Source: an uncultured Chloroflexia bacterium (GTDB taxonomy: Bacteria; Chloroflexota; Limnocylindria; QHBO01). From it: a stretch of DNA of 64,000 nt. This document shows, piece after piece, positions 29,881 to 38,614 of this stretch. The notes under the pieces are model-generated. The model worked only from the letters and a program-made list of their open reading frames with translations, was not told where the DNA came from and made no database searches. The stretch lies in contig CAWJZO010000001.1 in the NCBI GenBank assembly GCA_963847375.1, forward strand, positions 1,346,124-1,410,123. The letters are read 5' to 3'. The position numbers and the translations under genes are program-made. How positions within the stretch are numbered: position 1 is the stretch's first letter; every line of letters begins with the position of its first letter.

Positions 29881-30657
29881 TCATGCGTCGGAGTGAAGCG
29901 TGATCGTCCAGGTTCGGTTCCGTCCGGCGGGCGGATCGACCTCGAGCGACCAGCGTGTGGCGAGGAGGTCGGCGATGTCGAGGGGATCTTCCGGATCCGG
30001 CACAGACGAAAGGAGGTGGCTTGCCGCCTCGCCACGAACCCGCTTCGCAATGACATCGCCGATGTGAACCGGACCTCCTGGCGCCGGCCTGATGCGCAAG
30101 GTCACGGTCTGGTCGCCGAGGCCGATGGGGCGACCGACAGCCTGGTAGGAGCCCGAGCGCAGATCGAGGACCGGCCCGCGCCGCGCCGCCGCATCGGTGA
30201 GGACGGCAGGCAGGAGGGTCCGCCAGGCGGGCTCCAAGCGGTCCATGCCGACCAGTCGCGCGCAGGCGTTGAGGCGGTACGGCGGGATGCAGTCCGCGGG
30301 GCGCACCGCGCCCCACAGCGCCGACACGATGACCAGTTGTCGTGCGGCGCGTCTCTTGGCGTGGGACGACCACGATCCCGCGTCGAGTCCCTCGTAGAGC
30401 GGGCCGGCATAGGTGTCGACGGCGGACCTCGTCGGGAGGTCGCGCACGTGTTCGTTGCGCGCGACCTCGCCAGCGAGCGACGGCCTGACGAGCAGGCGCC
30501 GAAGCGCGTCGGGGCGTTGGCTGGTGGCGACCAGGGCGTCCATGACGCGCTCGCGCATCGCGGTAAGTGACGGAAACGACAGCCGATCGAGGTCGAGTGG
30601 CGACCCGCCCTCAGGCGGCGGCAGCTTCGTCTCCGACGGCGGGAGGATGATCAGCAC
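29881..30657 (-). CDS. yaaA: YaaA family (UPF0246) peroxide-stress protein
   Basis: 258 aa. MLIILPPSETK N-terminus and the YEGLD and SALWG motifs. Confidence 0.85.
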   Translation of the reverse strand: MLIILPPSETKLPPPEGGSPLDLDRLSFPSLTAMRERVMDALVATSQRPDALRRLLVRPSLAGEVARNEHVRDLPTRSAVDTYAGPLYEGLDAGSWSSHAKRRAARQLVIVSALWGAVRPADCIPPYRLNACARLVGMDRLEPAWRTLLPAVLTDAAARRGPVLDLRSGSYQAVGRPIGLGDQTVTLRIRPAPGGPVHIGDVIAKRVRGEAASHLLSSVPDPEDPLDIADLLATRWSLEVDPPAGRNRTWTITLHSDA

Positions 30658-30754
30658 GTTCGCATCCTAGGGGGCCTGTGGTGATGGTGGTCTCCTGGGC
30701 GGTCTCCACGAGGTCGGGCGTTCATCCGGCGTTCGCGGCCGTCAGGCTAGGTGG

Positions 30755-31516
30755 TCAGCCGCTGACCCGCGATGCCGGCTGTGTCGCTCCCTGCCATAGC
30801 ATCGTGAGGGCGGCGCGCGCCGCCTCGGCCGGATCCTCGCCGGTCCGGGTCGAGTGCTTCGCCGAGAGGCACTGGTTGAGCCACAGGCCCTCGCGGGCGC
30901 TGACGATGGCGCTGGCGATGTCCAGTGGAGTCCATGGCGGTCGAGGCTCGAGCTCGAATTGCGCGAGTGCGGGTTGGACGAGCTCTCGTTCGATGCGTTC
31001 GGCCGAGTGCCGGAACTCCCGCATGCTCGGCGCGGCGATCCGCTCGCTCCACACGCCGTAGGGCACCTGGCTGAGCCACAGGACCCAGCTCGTCGCGTAG
31101 CCCTCGGCGGGCTCCATTTCGTGGGACGGCCCTCGCCGTGACTCGGCGCTGGCCACCGCCTCGATCCATTCGCGAGAGTCGCCGAATTCCCTTGGATCCG
31201 GCGGAACTGTCGCGTCGACACTCGGATCGTCGAGCACGAGTGCCATCGCGTCCAGCTGAAACTGGCGCTGGCTCCTGAAGAGGTTCGTGATGGCGCCCCG
31301 GCTCTTACCGTCGGCGCTGGCTGCGACCTCCTCCGCGCTCAGCCTCGCGAAGGGGCCGACCGCAACGCGCCGCTCATCGTCCTCGCGATCCAGGCGGCGC
31401 GCATCAAGGCGGATCTGGCCGAGGAGCGCGGTCTCGGCAAGCTGGAGGTAGCGTTTCTTGGCCTCATCCCGGGATAGGGACGATCTGTGACGTCGTTTCA
31501 TCGGGCACCTTGACAT
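30755..31516 (-). CDS. putative TetR-like transcriptional regulator
   Basis: 253 aa, divergent from an SMR efflux gene. Weak HTH-like segment (SRGAITNLFRSQRQFQL). Assignment tentative. Confidence 0.45.
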   Translation of the reverse strand: MSRCPMKRRHRSSLSRDEAKKRYLQLAETALLGQIRLDARRLDREDDERRVAVGPFARLSAEEVAASADGKSRGAITNLFRSQRQFQLDAMALVLDDPSVDATVPPDPREFGDSREWIEAVASAESRRGPSHEMEPAEGYATSWVLWLSQVPYGVWSERIAAPSMREFRHSAERIERELVQPALAQFELEPRPPWTPLDIASAIVSAREGLWLNQCLSAKHSTRTGEDPAEAARAALTMLWQGATQPASRVSG

Positions 31517-31618
31517 ACGGACGGTACGTATGTAACGCTACGTACCAACGGTATGCACGTTACCGCACTTCGCCGGGGAGCGGAGCGCAGGGCGGGCGCA
31601 TCACGGAGGCCGATCGAC

Positions 31619-31993
31619 ATGTTGTATCTCGGAATGGCGGTGATGGCGGCGCTCGCATTCACCGTCGGCGGCATCTTCATGAAGCTGTCTCAGGGCTTCA
31701 CGCAGCCGCTTCCCACACTGGTCGTTCTGGGCCTCTTCGCGGTCGGGGCAGCGCTGACGGCGCTGGCGATTCACGTCCGTGGCGAGCTCGGAGCCGCATA
31801 CCTGATTGTTCTCGGCCTGGAGGCGGTGCTGGCATTCGCCTTCGGCGCCGCACTGTTCGGTGAGCATCCCAACGTGGGCCGCGTGCTCGGCCTCGCGTTG
31901 CTGGTCAGCGGGATGATCCTTCTGGAGGGCTGTGCACCGTCCGTCCAGGATTCCTCACGACCGGTAGGGGTATTCGGCTCGCGCGGAAGCTGA
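31619..31993 (+). CDS. small multidrug resistance (SMR/EmrE-like) family protein
   Basis: Four TM helices starting at ATG 31619 (MLYLGMAVMAALAFTVGGIFMK...). Longer C-terminal tail than typical. Confidence 0.7.
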   Translation: MLYLGMAVMAALAFTVGGIFMKLSQGFTQPLPTLVVLGLFAVGAALTALAIHVRGELGAAYLIVLGLEAVLAFAFGAALFGEHPNVGRVLGLALLVSGMILLEGCAPSVQDSSRPVGVFGSRGS

Positions 31994-32041
31994 GCCGGCC
32001 GAACGCGGCGCCCGACAGGGCAGCCGGCGATCTGCGTTCGA

Positions 32042-32434
32042 TCAGGCGTCCTGCGGCTCCTGAAAGGCGCGCACCTCGATGCGGCCACCCAGTGCCTTCG
32101 ACGCTTGCGTCGCCCACCGGACCGCGGCATCTTCGTCTGCGGCCTCGATCACCCAGAAGCCGCCGACGTACTCCGGCGCCTCAACGAACGGTCCGTCGAC
32201 CACCACGGGCGCGCCGCTGGTGGCGTCGACGGTCTTGGCCGACGATGGCGGGTGCAGGCCCCCGGCGAAGCGAAACGCCCCGGACTTGTGTAGATCGGCG
32301 TTGAACTCCTCCACGGCGGCCAGCGCGGAGCTCTCAGCCGGGCCTGGGGTTTTCACGTACGGCACCAGTGGGTAGGCTCTCGACGTGTCCGCGCGGAACG
32401 CCACGCCCAAGCCGTCCGCCAAACGACCTGCCAT
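32042..32434 (-). CDS. YCII-related (DGPF) domain protein
   Basis: FRFAGGLHPPSSAKTV...VVDGPFVEAPEYVGGFWVIEA...A..WA motifs. Start uncertain (ATG 32434 chosen), and it overlaps the divergent DUF2252 start. Confidence 0.6.
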   Translation of the reverse strand: MAGRLADGLGVAFRADTSRAYPLVPYVKTPGPAESSALAAVEEFNADLHKSGAFRFAGGLHPPSSAKTVDATSGAPVVVDGPFVEAPEYVGGFWVIEAADEDAAVRWATQASKALGGRIEVRAFQEPQDA

Positions 32435-33800
32435 GGAGGCACGTGCGGAGGTCGTCAAGGAGGCCGCCGCCCGAGCCCCCGTAGAAGGTCTTGGCGAGTT
32501 CCAGCCGGACGCGGATCGCGATCCCATAGGTCTGCTCCTTCGCCAGTCGGAGTCGCGGGTGCCGGACCTCGTGCCCGTCCGCCACGGGCGGATGCTGGTC
32601 TCCCCCTTCGCGTTTTACCGGGGCGCGGCCCTGCCCATGGCCGCCGACCTGGCTGGGACTCCAACCTCCGGCCTCCAGGTCCAACTCTGCGGCGACGCTC
32701 ATCTGTCCAACTTCGGGGCGTTCGCCTCGCCCGAGCGGCGCTTGCTGTTCGACATGAACGACTTCGACGAGACGCTTTCCGGTCCTTTCGAGTGGGATCT
32801 CAAGCGACTAGCGGCCAGTTTCGCTGTGGCAGGGCGAGAGAACGGCTTCTCGGCGAAGGATCGGCGCCGGGTGATCGTCACCGTCCTTGGCAGGTACCGG
32901 GCGGCAATGAACGAGTTCTCCGCTATGCCCATGCTCGACGTCTGGTATGCGCACCTGGACCTGGAGAGCACGCTCGAGCGGGTCGGACCCCAGCTGAAGC
33001 CCAAGGCAGCCAAGCGGGTGGAGGCGAGGATCGCAAAAGCACGGACGCGGGACCACTTGCAGGTCTTCAACAAGATGACCCACGTCGTGAACGGCGTCCG
33101 TCAGATCATCCCCGACCCGCCACATGTCGTGCCCATTGAGGACATCTCAGGGCTAGATCGCGACGCCCTATCGGAGCTGCTGCAGACCCAGTTGGGGCTC
33201 TATCGGAGCAGCCTCGAGGGGGACAGACGGTTCCTGCTGGATCGCTTCCGGCTCGTCCACGTGGCCCGCAAGGTGGTCGGAGTCGGATCTGTGGGGACAC
33301 GGGTGTGGATCCTCTTGTTCGAGGATGATGACGACAGCGTGCTGTTCCTCCAGTACAAGGAGGCGCAGGCATCGGTCCTCTCCGGGTATCTGCGTGCAAG
33401 CGAGTTCGAGAATCAAGGCGAGCGGGTGGTCGAGGGTCAGCGCCTGATCCAAGCCGTCAGCGACATCTTCCTCGGCTGGCAGCGCGTGAACAGCTCGGAG
33501 ACGGGCGTGACGGACTACTACGTCCGTCAGCTTCGCGACTGGAAGTTCTCCCAGGCAATCGAGACTCTGGCGCCGAAGGGGATGACACTGTACGGTAGGC
33601 TCTGCGCCTGGACCCTTGCCCGAGCGCACGCCCGAACCGGCGACCGGTTCGCACTCGCGGCTTACATGGGCTCGTCAGACCGATTCGAGCGCGCCCTCGC
33701 TGACTTCGCGGAGGTCTACGCCGACCAGAACGAGCGCGATTATGCCGCGTTTGCCGATGCCGTGGCCTCCGGCCGGGTGCCGGCCGTGCACGGTCTGTAG
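32385..33800 (+). CDS. DUF2252 domain protein
   Basis: 471 aa. RMLVSPFAFYRGAA...GDAHLSNFG...NDFDET motifs. Confidence 0.85.
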   Translation: MSARNATPKPSAKRPAMEARAEVVKEAAARAPVEGLGEFQPDADRDPIGLLLRQSESRVPDLVPVRHGRMLVSPFAFYRGAALPMAADLAGTPTSGLQVQLCGDAHLSNFGAFASPERRLLFDMNDFDETLSGPFEWDLKRLAASFAVAGRENGFSAKDRRRVIVTVLGRYRAAMNEFSAMPMLDVWYAHLDLESTLERVGPQLKPKAAKRVEARIAKARTRDHLQVFNKMTHVVNGVRQIIPDPPHVVPIEDISGLDRDALSELLQTQLGLYRSSLEGDRRFLLDRFRLVHVARKVVGVGSVGTRVWILLFEDDDDSVLFLQYKEAQASVLSGYLRASEFENQGERVVEGQRLIQAVSDIFLGWQRVNSSETGVTDYYVRQLRDWKFSQAIETLAPKGMTLYGRLCAWTLARAHARTGDRFALAAYMGSSDRFERALADFAEVYADQNERDYAAFADAVASGRVPAVHGL

Positions 33801-33877
33801 TCCGTCAACCGGGGACTTCCGGCCCCAGCTGGAACCCGACCGGGAGCAGAGACGTCCGTGGGCTGCCATTGCGACGT

Positions 33878-33988
33878 GCGCCCGTAGCTCAGCGGATCAG
33901 AGCAGCTGAATTCGGACTATCCCGGCCGATGCGCTGTAGCCCGAGCGTGAGTGGGGGAGCGAAACGCGTCGAGTTATCCGCTCTCTTC
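33878..33988 (+). repeat. tRNA-half-like repeat, copy C (short form)
   Basis: GCGCCCGTAGCTCAGCGGATCAGAGCAGCTGAATTCGGACTATCCCGGCCGATGCGCTGTAGCCCGAGCGTGAGTGGGGGAGCGAAACGCGTCGAGTTATCCGCTCTCTTC. The upstream flank is unrelated to other copies. Confidence 0.9.
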
Positions 33989-34196
33989 AGACGTTGGAAA
34001 GAGCTCGAAGACGGGCCGGCCTTGGGCCGCCGCGGCTGGATCGTCGACTTGTCGAAGTTGCGGACGAACCACTCGCCGCACCACGAGCGGCGTGCGTGCG
34101 GCCGGGAGCGCCAGACGCCTCTCCCGACGCCGTGCATCGTCACAGACCTGATGTCTTCCCCCGGCTCAGCATGCCGTCGGTGCATCGGGCGCGTGG

Positions 34197-34991
34197 CTAC
34201 GTCTGATAGTTCGGGAGGACTCTCCCGTCCTTCACGTAGGTCAGCGCTTCGGTGACCTCGTAGGCGTGGACGGCGGAAACGAATTCGGGCAGCTTGCCTG
34301 AGAGCGTCGCGATCTCGCCGCTGCCGAGGAACGCTCGTAGGGCATCGGTACCGGTGAAGCCCAGGAGCAGTGAGGCGTGGAACCGCTGGTGGGTGGGGTT
34401 GTCGTGCGCGACGTTCGGCGTGTCCCAGAGTTGTTTGATCCAGGGCATGAAGGCCTGCGTTCGGAGTTCCCTCAGGACCCCGGTCTCGACGAGAGCGGGA
34501 ACAAGATCGTCGCTGAGGAGCCTCCGGAACGCACCGGTCCCGACGCCTTCCCGCCGGCGAAGGTAGATCAGGCTTCGCGCTCCGGCCTTCTCCCCGGGCC
34601 CGGCGACGTCGTACCAGCGCGCCGAGTTCGGTAGTCCCGCGTATAACACGGTGCGCCGGAACACGTTCACTTCATCCTTGTACGCGAGCCGGGTCTGCTT
34701 GCGGCCACGCAGCGGGGAGAGAGCGGACGTGAACGTTACCTCGGCGACCCCGTCGATCCGGCGCTCGGCGGGGATGACCGTCTCGACGCCGCTGATGGCC
34801 GGCCACAGCCCGGGATTGTTCTCCGCCAAGTGGATCTGGCGGTACTCCTCCATCCCCGGAGTGGCGGAGATGATCTTTGAGTGCGGGCCCTTCCAGTAGT
34901 CCATCCTCTGCTGACGGGGCTGATCCGTGCGCATCCACAGCAGGATCGATGAGACGAGGGGCTTCCTCGCGTACGGAGGTGTCGTAGCCAT
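34197..34991 (-). CDS. hypothetical protein, possibly tandem EthD-like domains
   Basis: 264 aa intact ORF. Family assignment tentative. Confidence 0.55.
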   Translation of the reverse strand: MATTPPYARKPLVSSILLWMRTDQPRQQRMDYWKGPHSKIISATPGMEEYRQIHLAENNPGLWPAISGVETVIPAERRIDGVAEVTFTSALSPLRGRKQTRLAYKDEVNVFRRTVLYAGLPNSARWYDVAGPGEKAGARSLIYLRRREGVGTGAFRRLLSDDLVPALVETGVLRELRTQAFMPWIKQLWDTPNVAHDNPTHQRFHASLLLGFTGTDALRAFLGSGEIATLSGKLPEFVSAVHAYEVTEALTYVKDGRVLPNYQT

Positions 34992-35019
34992 CTTGTTGCC
35001 TTCCTTGGCAGGGTGCGCT

Positions 35020-35208
35020 CAGCGCTCGAGGAACGCGACGGCGACTGGGGCGAACGTGTCGTAGTTCTGGAAAATGCCGCCGTGGCCGGAGTCAGGGTAA
35101 ATGATGAGCTCGGAGCCGAGGATGCGGCGGTGCAGGTCCTCAGAGAGCACGGAGGGCACCATTCGGTCGTTGTCGCCGTTGGCGATCAAGGTCGGCTGGG
35201 TGATCTTT
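35020..35208 (-). pseudogene. C-terminal remnant of an alpha/beta hydrolase gene
   Basis: Translates to KITQPTLIANGDNDRMVPSVLSEDLHRRILGSELIIYPDSGHGGIFQNYDTFAPVAVAFLER*. It is preceded by an in-frame stop at 35209-35211. No nucleophile-elbow region exists upstream. Confidence 0.6.
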
Positions 35209-35270
35209 CAGCGCCGCGGGCATCGTCCACGACCGCCCGCGGACAGGCTCGTGACCGATACGATGTCGGC

Positions 35271-35807
35271 ATGGCCACCCCGAAACGTGATCGGCCCCAG
35301 CTTCCGCCGGGGTACATGACTCGTACACCGAAGGGGATGCTCACCTGGGCTTCAGTGCGGCGCATGCTGCGCACCGCGCGATACCTCTGGATCTCGACCA
35401 CCGGCCCGGATGGAACGCCGCATCTCGTCGAGCAGTGGTGCGCCTGGGTCGACGACACTCTCTACTTCGAGGGAAGTGACCGGACGCGGTGGGCCCGCAA
35501 CCTCGCGAGTGACCCGCGGCTCGCATTCGGAGTACAGGTCGGCGATCGGGCCGCATATGGCCAGGCGGTGGTGGATGTCGCGCGCGGTCTCGAGCGCGCC
35601 GCCGCTGCTAGGATCGCGCGCCAGTACGCGGCGAAGTACGGAACGGACTTCGATTATCGGCCGCCCGTGGAGCAGTACGTGAACGGATCGGTTTTCCGGG
35701 CGCGCCCGACGAAGCTCATCGCCTTCGACGTGCGGCGGTTCAACACCTCGGCGACGCGTTTCACGTTCCAGCCGGCGGCGGGAGAGGAGAATGTGGACGA
35801 GCGCTAA
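35271..35807 (+). CDS. pyridoxamine 5'-phosphate oxidase family (PPOX-class) protein
   Basis: Start at ATG 35271 (MATPKRD...). LWISTTGPDGTPH...TLYFEGS motifs. The upstream part of the 264-aa track ORF is antisense to the hydrolase remnant. Confidence 0.7.
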   Translation: MATPKRDRPQLPPGYMTRTPKGMLTWASVRRMLRTARYLWISTTGPDGTPHLVEQWCAWVDDTLYFEGSDRTRWARNLASDPRLAFGVQVGDRAAYGQAVVDVARGLERAAAARIARQYAAKYGTDFDYRPPVEQYVNGSVFRARPTKLIAFDVRRFNTSATRFTFQPAAGEENVDER

Positions 35808-35887
35808 CCGGCCGCCGATCGCAGCCTGCGCGATGAAGGCGTCGAGACCGGTATCTCCGGCCCGTTCCACGTGCCGCGCCGAATACC

Positions 35888-37183
35888 TCAGCCGGCATCG
35901 CTTGGCGGCTGCCAGCCGCCCAGCGCCGACTCCACGGTGGCTGCGGCAGCGATGGCCACCTGGTCCTGCCACGGGGCGGCGACGAGCTGCACGCCGACCG
36001 GCATGTCGCCCGACGTGCCGGCGCGGACCACCGCGCACGGCCAGCCGGTCAGGCTGTGCGGCGTGGTATAGCGCCAGACCACGTCGCCATCGTGAAGCGG
36101 CGCGGGCCCGGGCGCAACCGGGGCGAGGATGAGGTCGAACCGCTCGAGCAGCGCGAGCATCGCGGTGCGGTATGCATCCCAATCACGGAGGACGGCGCGC
36201 ACCTCGGACGCGGTCATTTCGTCGCCGTATGAGTCCCAGACCCGCTCAGTCAGCTCGTGGCCGCCCGGCGGGGGGCTATCGTCCACCGCCGAGGCCCCTG
36301 CCTCACTCAGCGCCGATGCCGCATCGCGAAGGGCGCGCTCGATGCCGCTCTCGGGCGATGCCACGCCATCCGATCGGTGCAGCATCACCCGCAACCCGCG
36401 CAGCTCCACGCTGGCGGGGTCGCCAAGGGGGACGGGGACGGAGCCTCCATCCATCCCGTCGGGCCCGGCGAGGATCGGCAGCAGCGTGCCGAGATCCTCG
36501 ACGCGGCGCGCCATCGGTCCCGGCTGGGTGCGAGGGTCGCTCATCGGACCGAGCGCACCGTCCTCGTCGAGGACTCCTGTGATGGGAATGCGGCCGGCGG
36601 TCGGTTTCAACGTCGCGATGCCGCAGAAGTGAGCCGGCATCCGCAGGCTTCCGCCCGAGTCACTGCCGAGACCGCACGGTGACATGCCCGACGCGATCGC
36701 GGCCGCCTCTCCTCCACTGCTACCACCCGGTGACCTACGGGCGTCGTACGGATTGAGCGTCCGCCCATGGAGCTCATTGTCGGTCACGCCTCCGGACCCA
36801 CCTCGGGGGCAGTTCGTCTTGCCGAGCAGAATGGCCCCGGACGAGCGCATCCGCGCCACGACGGTCGCATCGCGCACGGGTCTGTTATCCGCGAGCTCGA
36901 CCATGCCGAGCGTCGTCGGCAGCGCTGCGGTCTCGATGATGTCCTTCGCCGTGAATGGCACGCCATGCAGTGGCCCGATGCGATCGCCCCGAGCCAATGC
37001 ACGATCGTGCGCCGCCGCCTGCTCGCGCGCATCGGCGGCCACCGCCACGATCGCCTTCAGCTTCGGGTTGAGCCGATCGATTGCCGCGAGGTGGGCGTCC
37101 ATCACCTCGACGGCGGTGATCGTTCCATCGCGAATGAGCTGTGCAAGGTCAGTGGCGGAACATTCGGTGAGCCGAGTGGCCAT
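35888..37183 (-). CDS. amidase (amidase-signature family)
   Basis: 431 aa. GGSSGGEAAAIASG signature and the GSDSGGSLRMPA motif. Confidence 0.9.
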   Translation of the reverse strand: MATRLTECSATDLAQLIRDGTITAVEVMDAHLAAIDRLNPKLKAIVAVAADAREQAAAHDRALARGDRIGPLHGVPFTAKDIIETAALPTTLGMVELADNRPVRDATVVARMRSSGAILLGKTNCPRGGSGGVTDNELHGRTLNPYDARRSPGGSSGGEAAAIASGMSPCGLGSDSGGSLRMPAHFCGIATLKPTAGRIPITGVLDEDGALGPMSDPRTQPGPMARRVEDLGTLLPILAGPDGMDGGSVPVPLGDPASVELRGLRVMLHRSDGVASPESGIERALRDAASALSEAGASAVDDSPPPGGHELTERVWDSYGDEMTASEVRAVLRDWDAYRTAMLALLERFDLILAPVAPGPAPLHDGDVVWRYTTPHSLTGWPCAVVRAGTSGDMPVGVQLVAAPWQDQVAIAAAATVESALGGWQPPSDAG

Positions 37184-37265
37184 CGATCAATCATGGCAGA
37201 GGGCCTCCAAGTGGCCAGGCGACCAAACCAGTCGACGTGGATGGGGTCGGGTACGATGCTGGTTA

Positions 37266-37385
37266 GCGCCCGTAGCTCAGTGGATCAGAGCAGCTGACTT
37301 CGGACTATCTCGGCCGATGCGCTGTAGCCCGAGCGTGGGCGCCGGAGCGTAGAGCGTCGAGTTATCGGCTGTCTCGCGCTCTTCC
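37266..37385 (+). repeat. tRNA-half-like repeat, copy D (short form, hybrid 3' tail)
   Basis: Canonical 39-nt head. CTCGG...CCGAG stem. G-rich patch reads GGGCGCC. Tail GTTATCGGCTGTCTCGCGCTCTTCC combines both tail variants. Confidence 0.9.
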
Positions 37386-37571
37386 TATGGATACCCTCCG
37401 CGCTGAGGGGCGGGGCGGATGGGCTTGGGCTGAGGCGGCATCTCAGGCCGCGTACGCATCTGAAGGTGCGTGTAGGGGTCGCATTGACATGGGGGCTCAC
37501 CATCGGCCGTGGGAAGCCTCGACCGCACCTGCCTGGTGCAAACCACCACCGGAGCGATTGGAGACCCAGAC

Positions 37572-38153
37572 ATGCTTGTGACCAAGGAGTCCTACCGCAT
37601 CGGCATCGCCGTTCTGCGCATCGGGGTGGGAGTCATCTTCCTCTGGGCCGGCATCGAGAAGCTGATGGCGCCGGAGCCATGGTCGGCGGCGGGCTTCCTC
37701 CAGTTCGGGACGGGCGGCAGCCTCGGCTGGCCATTCGTTTCCGGCGAAGTGGCCGAGGGCACGGTCTTCAACCCGACCCAGGCGTTCTGGGTCGGGATGG
37801 CGGCGAATGACAGCGCCATGAGCGTCATCAACCTCCTCGTGCCGTACGGGCAGGTCGGCATCGGGATCGGCCTCATCCTCGGCCTGCTCACGCGATTCAG
37901 CGCCGCGATGGGCACGTTGATGATGCTGTTCTTCTTCATCGCCGCCTGGGACTTCGAGTTCGGGATCGTGAACCAGCATCTGACCTACGCGCTGGTGACG
38001 GGATTCCTCGGCCTCATCGGCGCCGGCAACTACTACGGACTCGACCTCATGGTCGGTGAGTCCGCGCCGGCGTGGGTTCGTCGATGGTTGCTCTCCGGGA
38101 CGCCCGGGGCGGCCGCGGGGACGGACCCGTCCTTGCACCCGATGCCCGCGTGA
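37572..38153 (+). CDS. DoxX family membrane protein
   Basis: Start at ATG 37572. RIGVGVIFLWAGIEKL DoxX motif and four helices. Confidence 0.7.
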   Translation: MLVTKESYRIGIAVLRIGVGVIFLWAGIEKLMAPEPWSAAGFLQFGTGGSLGWPFVSGEVAEGTVFNPTQAFWVGMAANDSAMSVINLLVPYGQVGIGIGLILGLLTRFSAAMGTLMMLFFFIAAWDFEFGIVNQHLTYALVTGFLGLIGAGNYYGLDLMVGESAPAWVRRWLLSGTPGAAAGTDPSLHPMPA

Positions 38154-38195
38154 ACCTCGCTTGGCCACTCGCTGCCAGCTCCGCGATCGGCTGGA

Positions 38196-38612
38196 TTAGC
38201 GGCGTGGCCAAAGCCAGGCACGAAGGTTCAGAGCCAGCGCAAGGAGCGCGGCGGTACCCGCCACTCGCGGGATGCGCCTCGCCGCCCAGGCGGGTAGGAA
38301 CATGTCGGCGACCGATCCGCGTGCTGCGCCCAACTGCTCGGCCAGAGGGGTCAGTGGGCAAACCTGGTTGTTGCTGGCGTAGGCCGCGGTCTCGGCGACG
38401 ACCATAGCCCCTGCGATCGCGGTCCGACGCTGCGGTCGCCCGAGGAATCCGTCCCACAGTGCGAGGAGGATGGCGCCGGCGATCGACGCGAAGATCGCCG
38501 TGTGGAACGCCTTGATCGCTGTGAGCGCCTCGTCTCGACGATCCGCCGGGATGAGTCCGGCGAGGGGTGCGGTGATCGCGCCGCTCCAGGCGGGCTGGCG
38601 ATGGATCGGCAT
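38196..38612 (-). CDS. hypothetical membrane protein (DUF2784-like CPLTPL motif)
   Basis: 138 aa from ATG 38612. The rest of the 265-aa track ORF is not protein-like. Family tentative. Confidence 0.5.
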   Translation of the reverse strand: MPIHRQPAWSGAITAPLAGLIPADRRDEALTAIKAFHTAIFASIAGAILLALWDGFLGRPQRRTAIAGAMVVAETAAYASNNQVCPLTPLAEQLGAARGSVADMFLPAWAARRIPRVAGTAALLALALNLRAWLWPRR

Positions 38613-38614
38613 GA

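Noticed and set aside
33955-33975. Hammerhead-type ribozyme core suggested by CGAAAC in the arm of copies C, H and I.
   Set aside because: No CUGAUGA box is present. The GAAAC segment is replaced by GTAGAG in the other copies, so it is not a conserved catalytic core.
33878-33988. Integron attC sites / gene-cassette array.
   Set aside because: GTTATCC only loosely resembles the GTTRRRY core. There is no inverse core (GGATAAC) giving the imperfect palindrome typical of attC. The modules hold several genes in mixed orientations, and no intI or attI is in the window. It is kept only as a loose analogy.
33869-34255. Track ORFs that translate the repeats (33869-34255, 36684-37352 tail, 39559-39855, 42664-42888, 44838 start) giving the recurring peptide APVAQWIRAADFG.SRPMRCSPS.
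   Set aside because: Copies differ by indels that are not multiples of three in the G-rich patch. The reading frames are open only by GC bias, and the flanking parts of these ORFs are unrelated. The recurrence reflects DNA repeats, not a protein domain.
35013-35807. Single 264-aa protein as drawn on the ORF track.
   Set aside because: The first 86 codons are the antisense of the alpha/beta-hydrolase remnant and are not protein-like. The PPOX-family sequence begins at ATG 35271.
37266-37304. Repeat head as a functional tRNA-Arg(UCG) gene. The same applies to the heads at 24093, 33878, 39607, 42712, 44895, 47793 and 60542.
   Set aside because: Only the 5' half is present. The bases after the 7-nt loop cannot pair with the anticodon-stem strand. 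No T-arm (GTTCGA-type loop with a 5-bp stem) or 3' acceptor complement (CGGGCGC) occurs downstream in any copy. I also found no intron-like arrangement that restores a 3' half.
37340-37385. Xer/dif-like site: the reverse complement of the copy D tail reads GCCGATAAC, like an actinobacterial XerC half-site.
   Set aside because: The expected second arm (TTATGTCAA-type) at 6-nt spacing is absent, and other copies read GCGGATAAC or GCAGATAAC. No 28-bp dif architecture is present.
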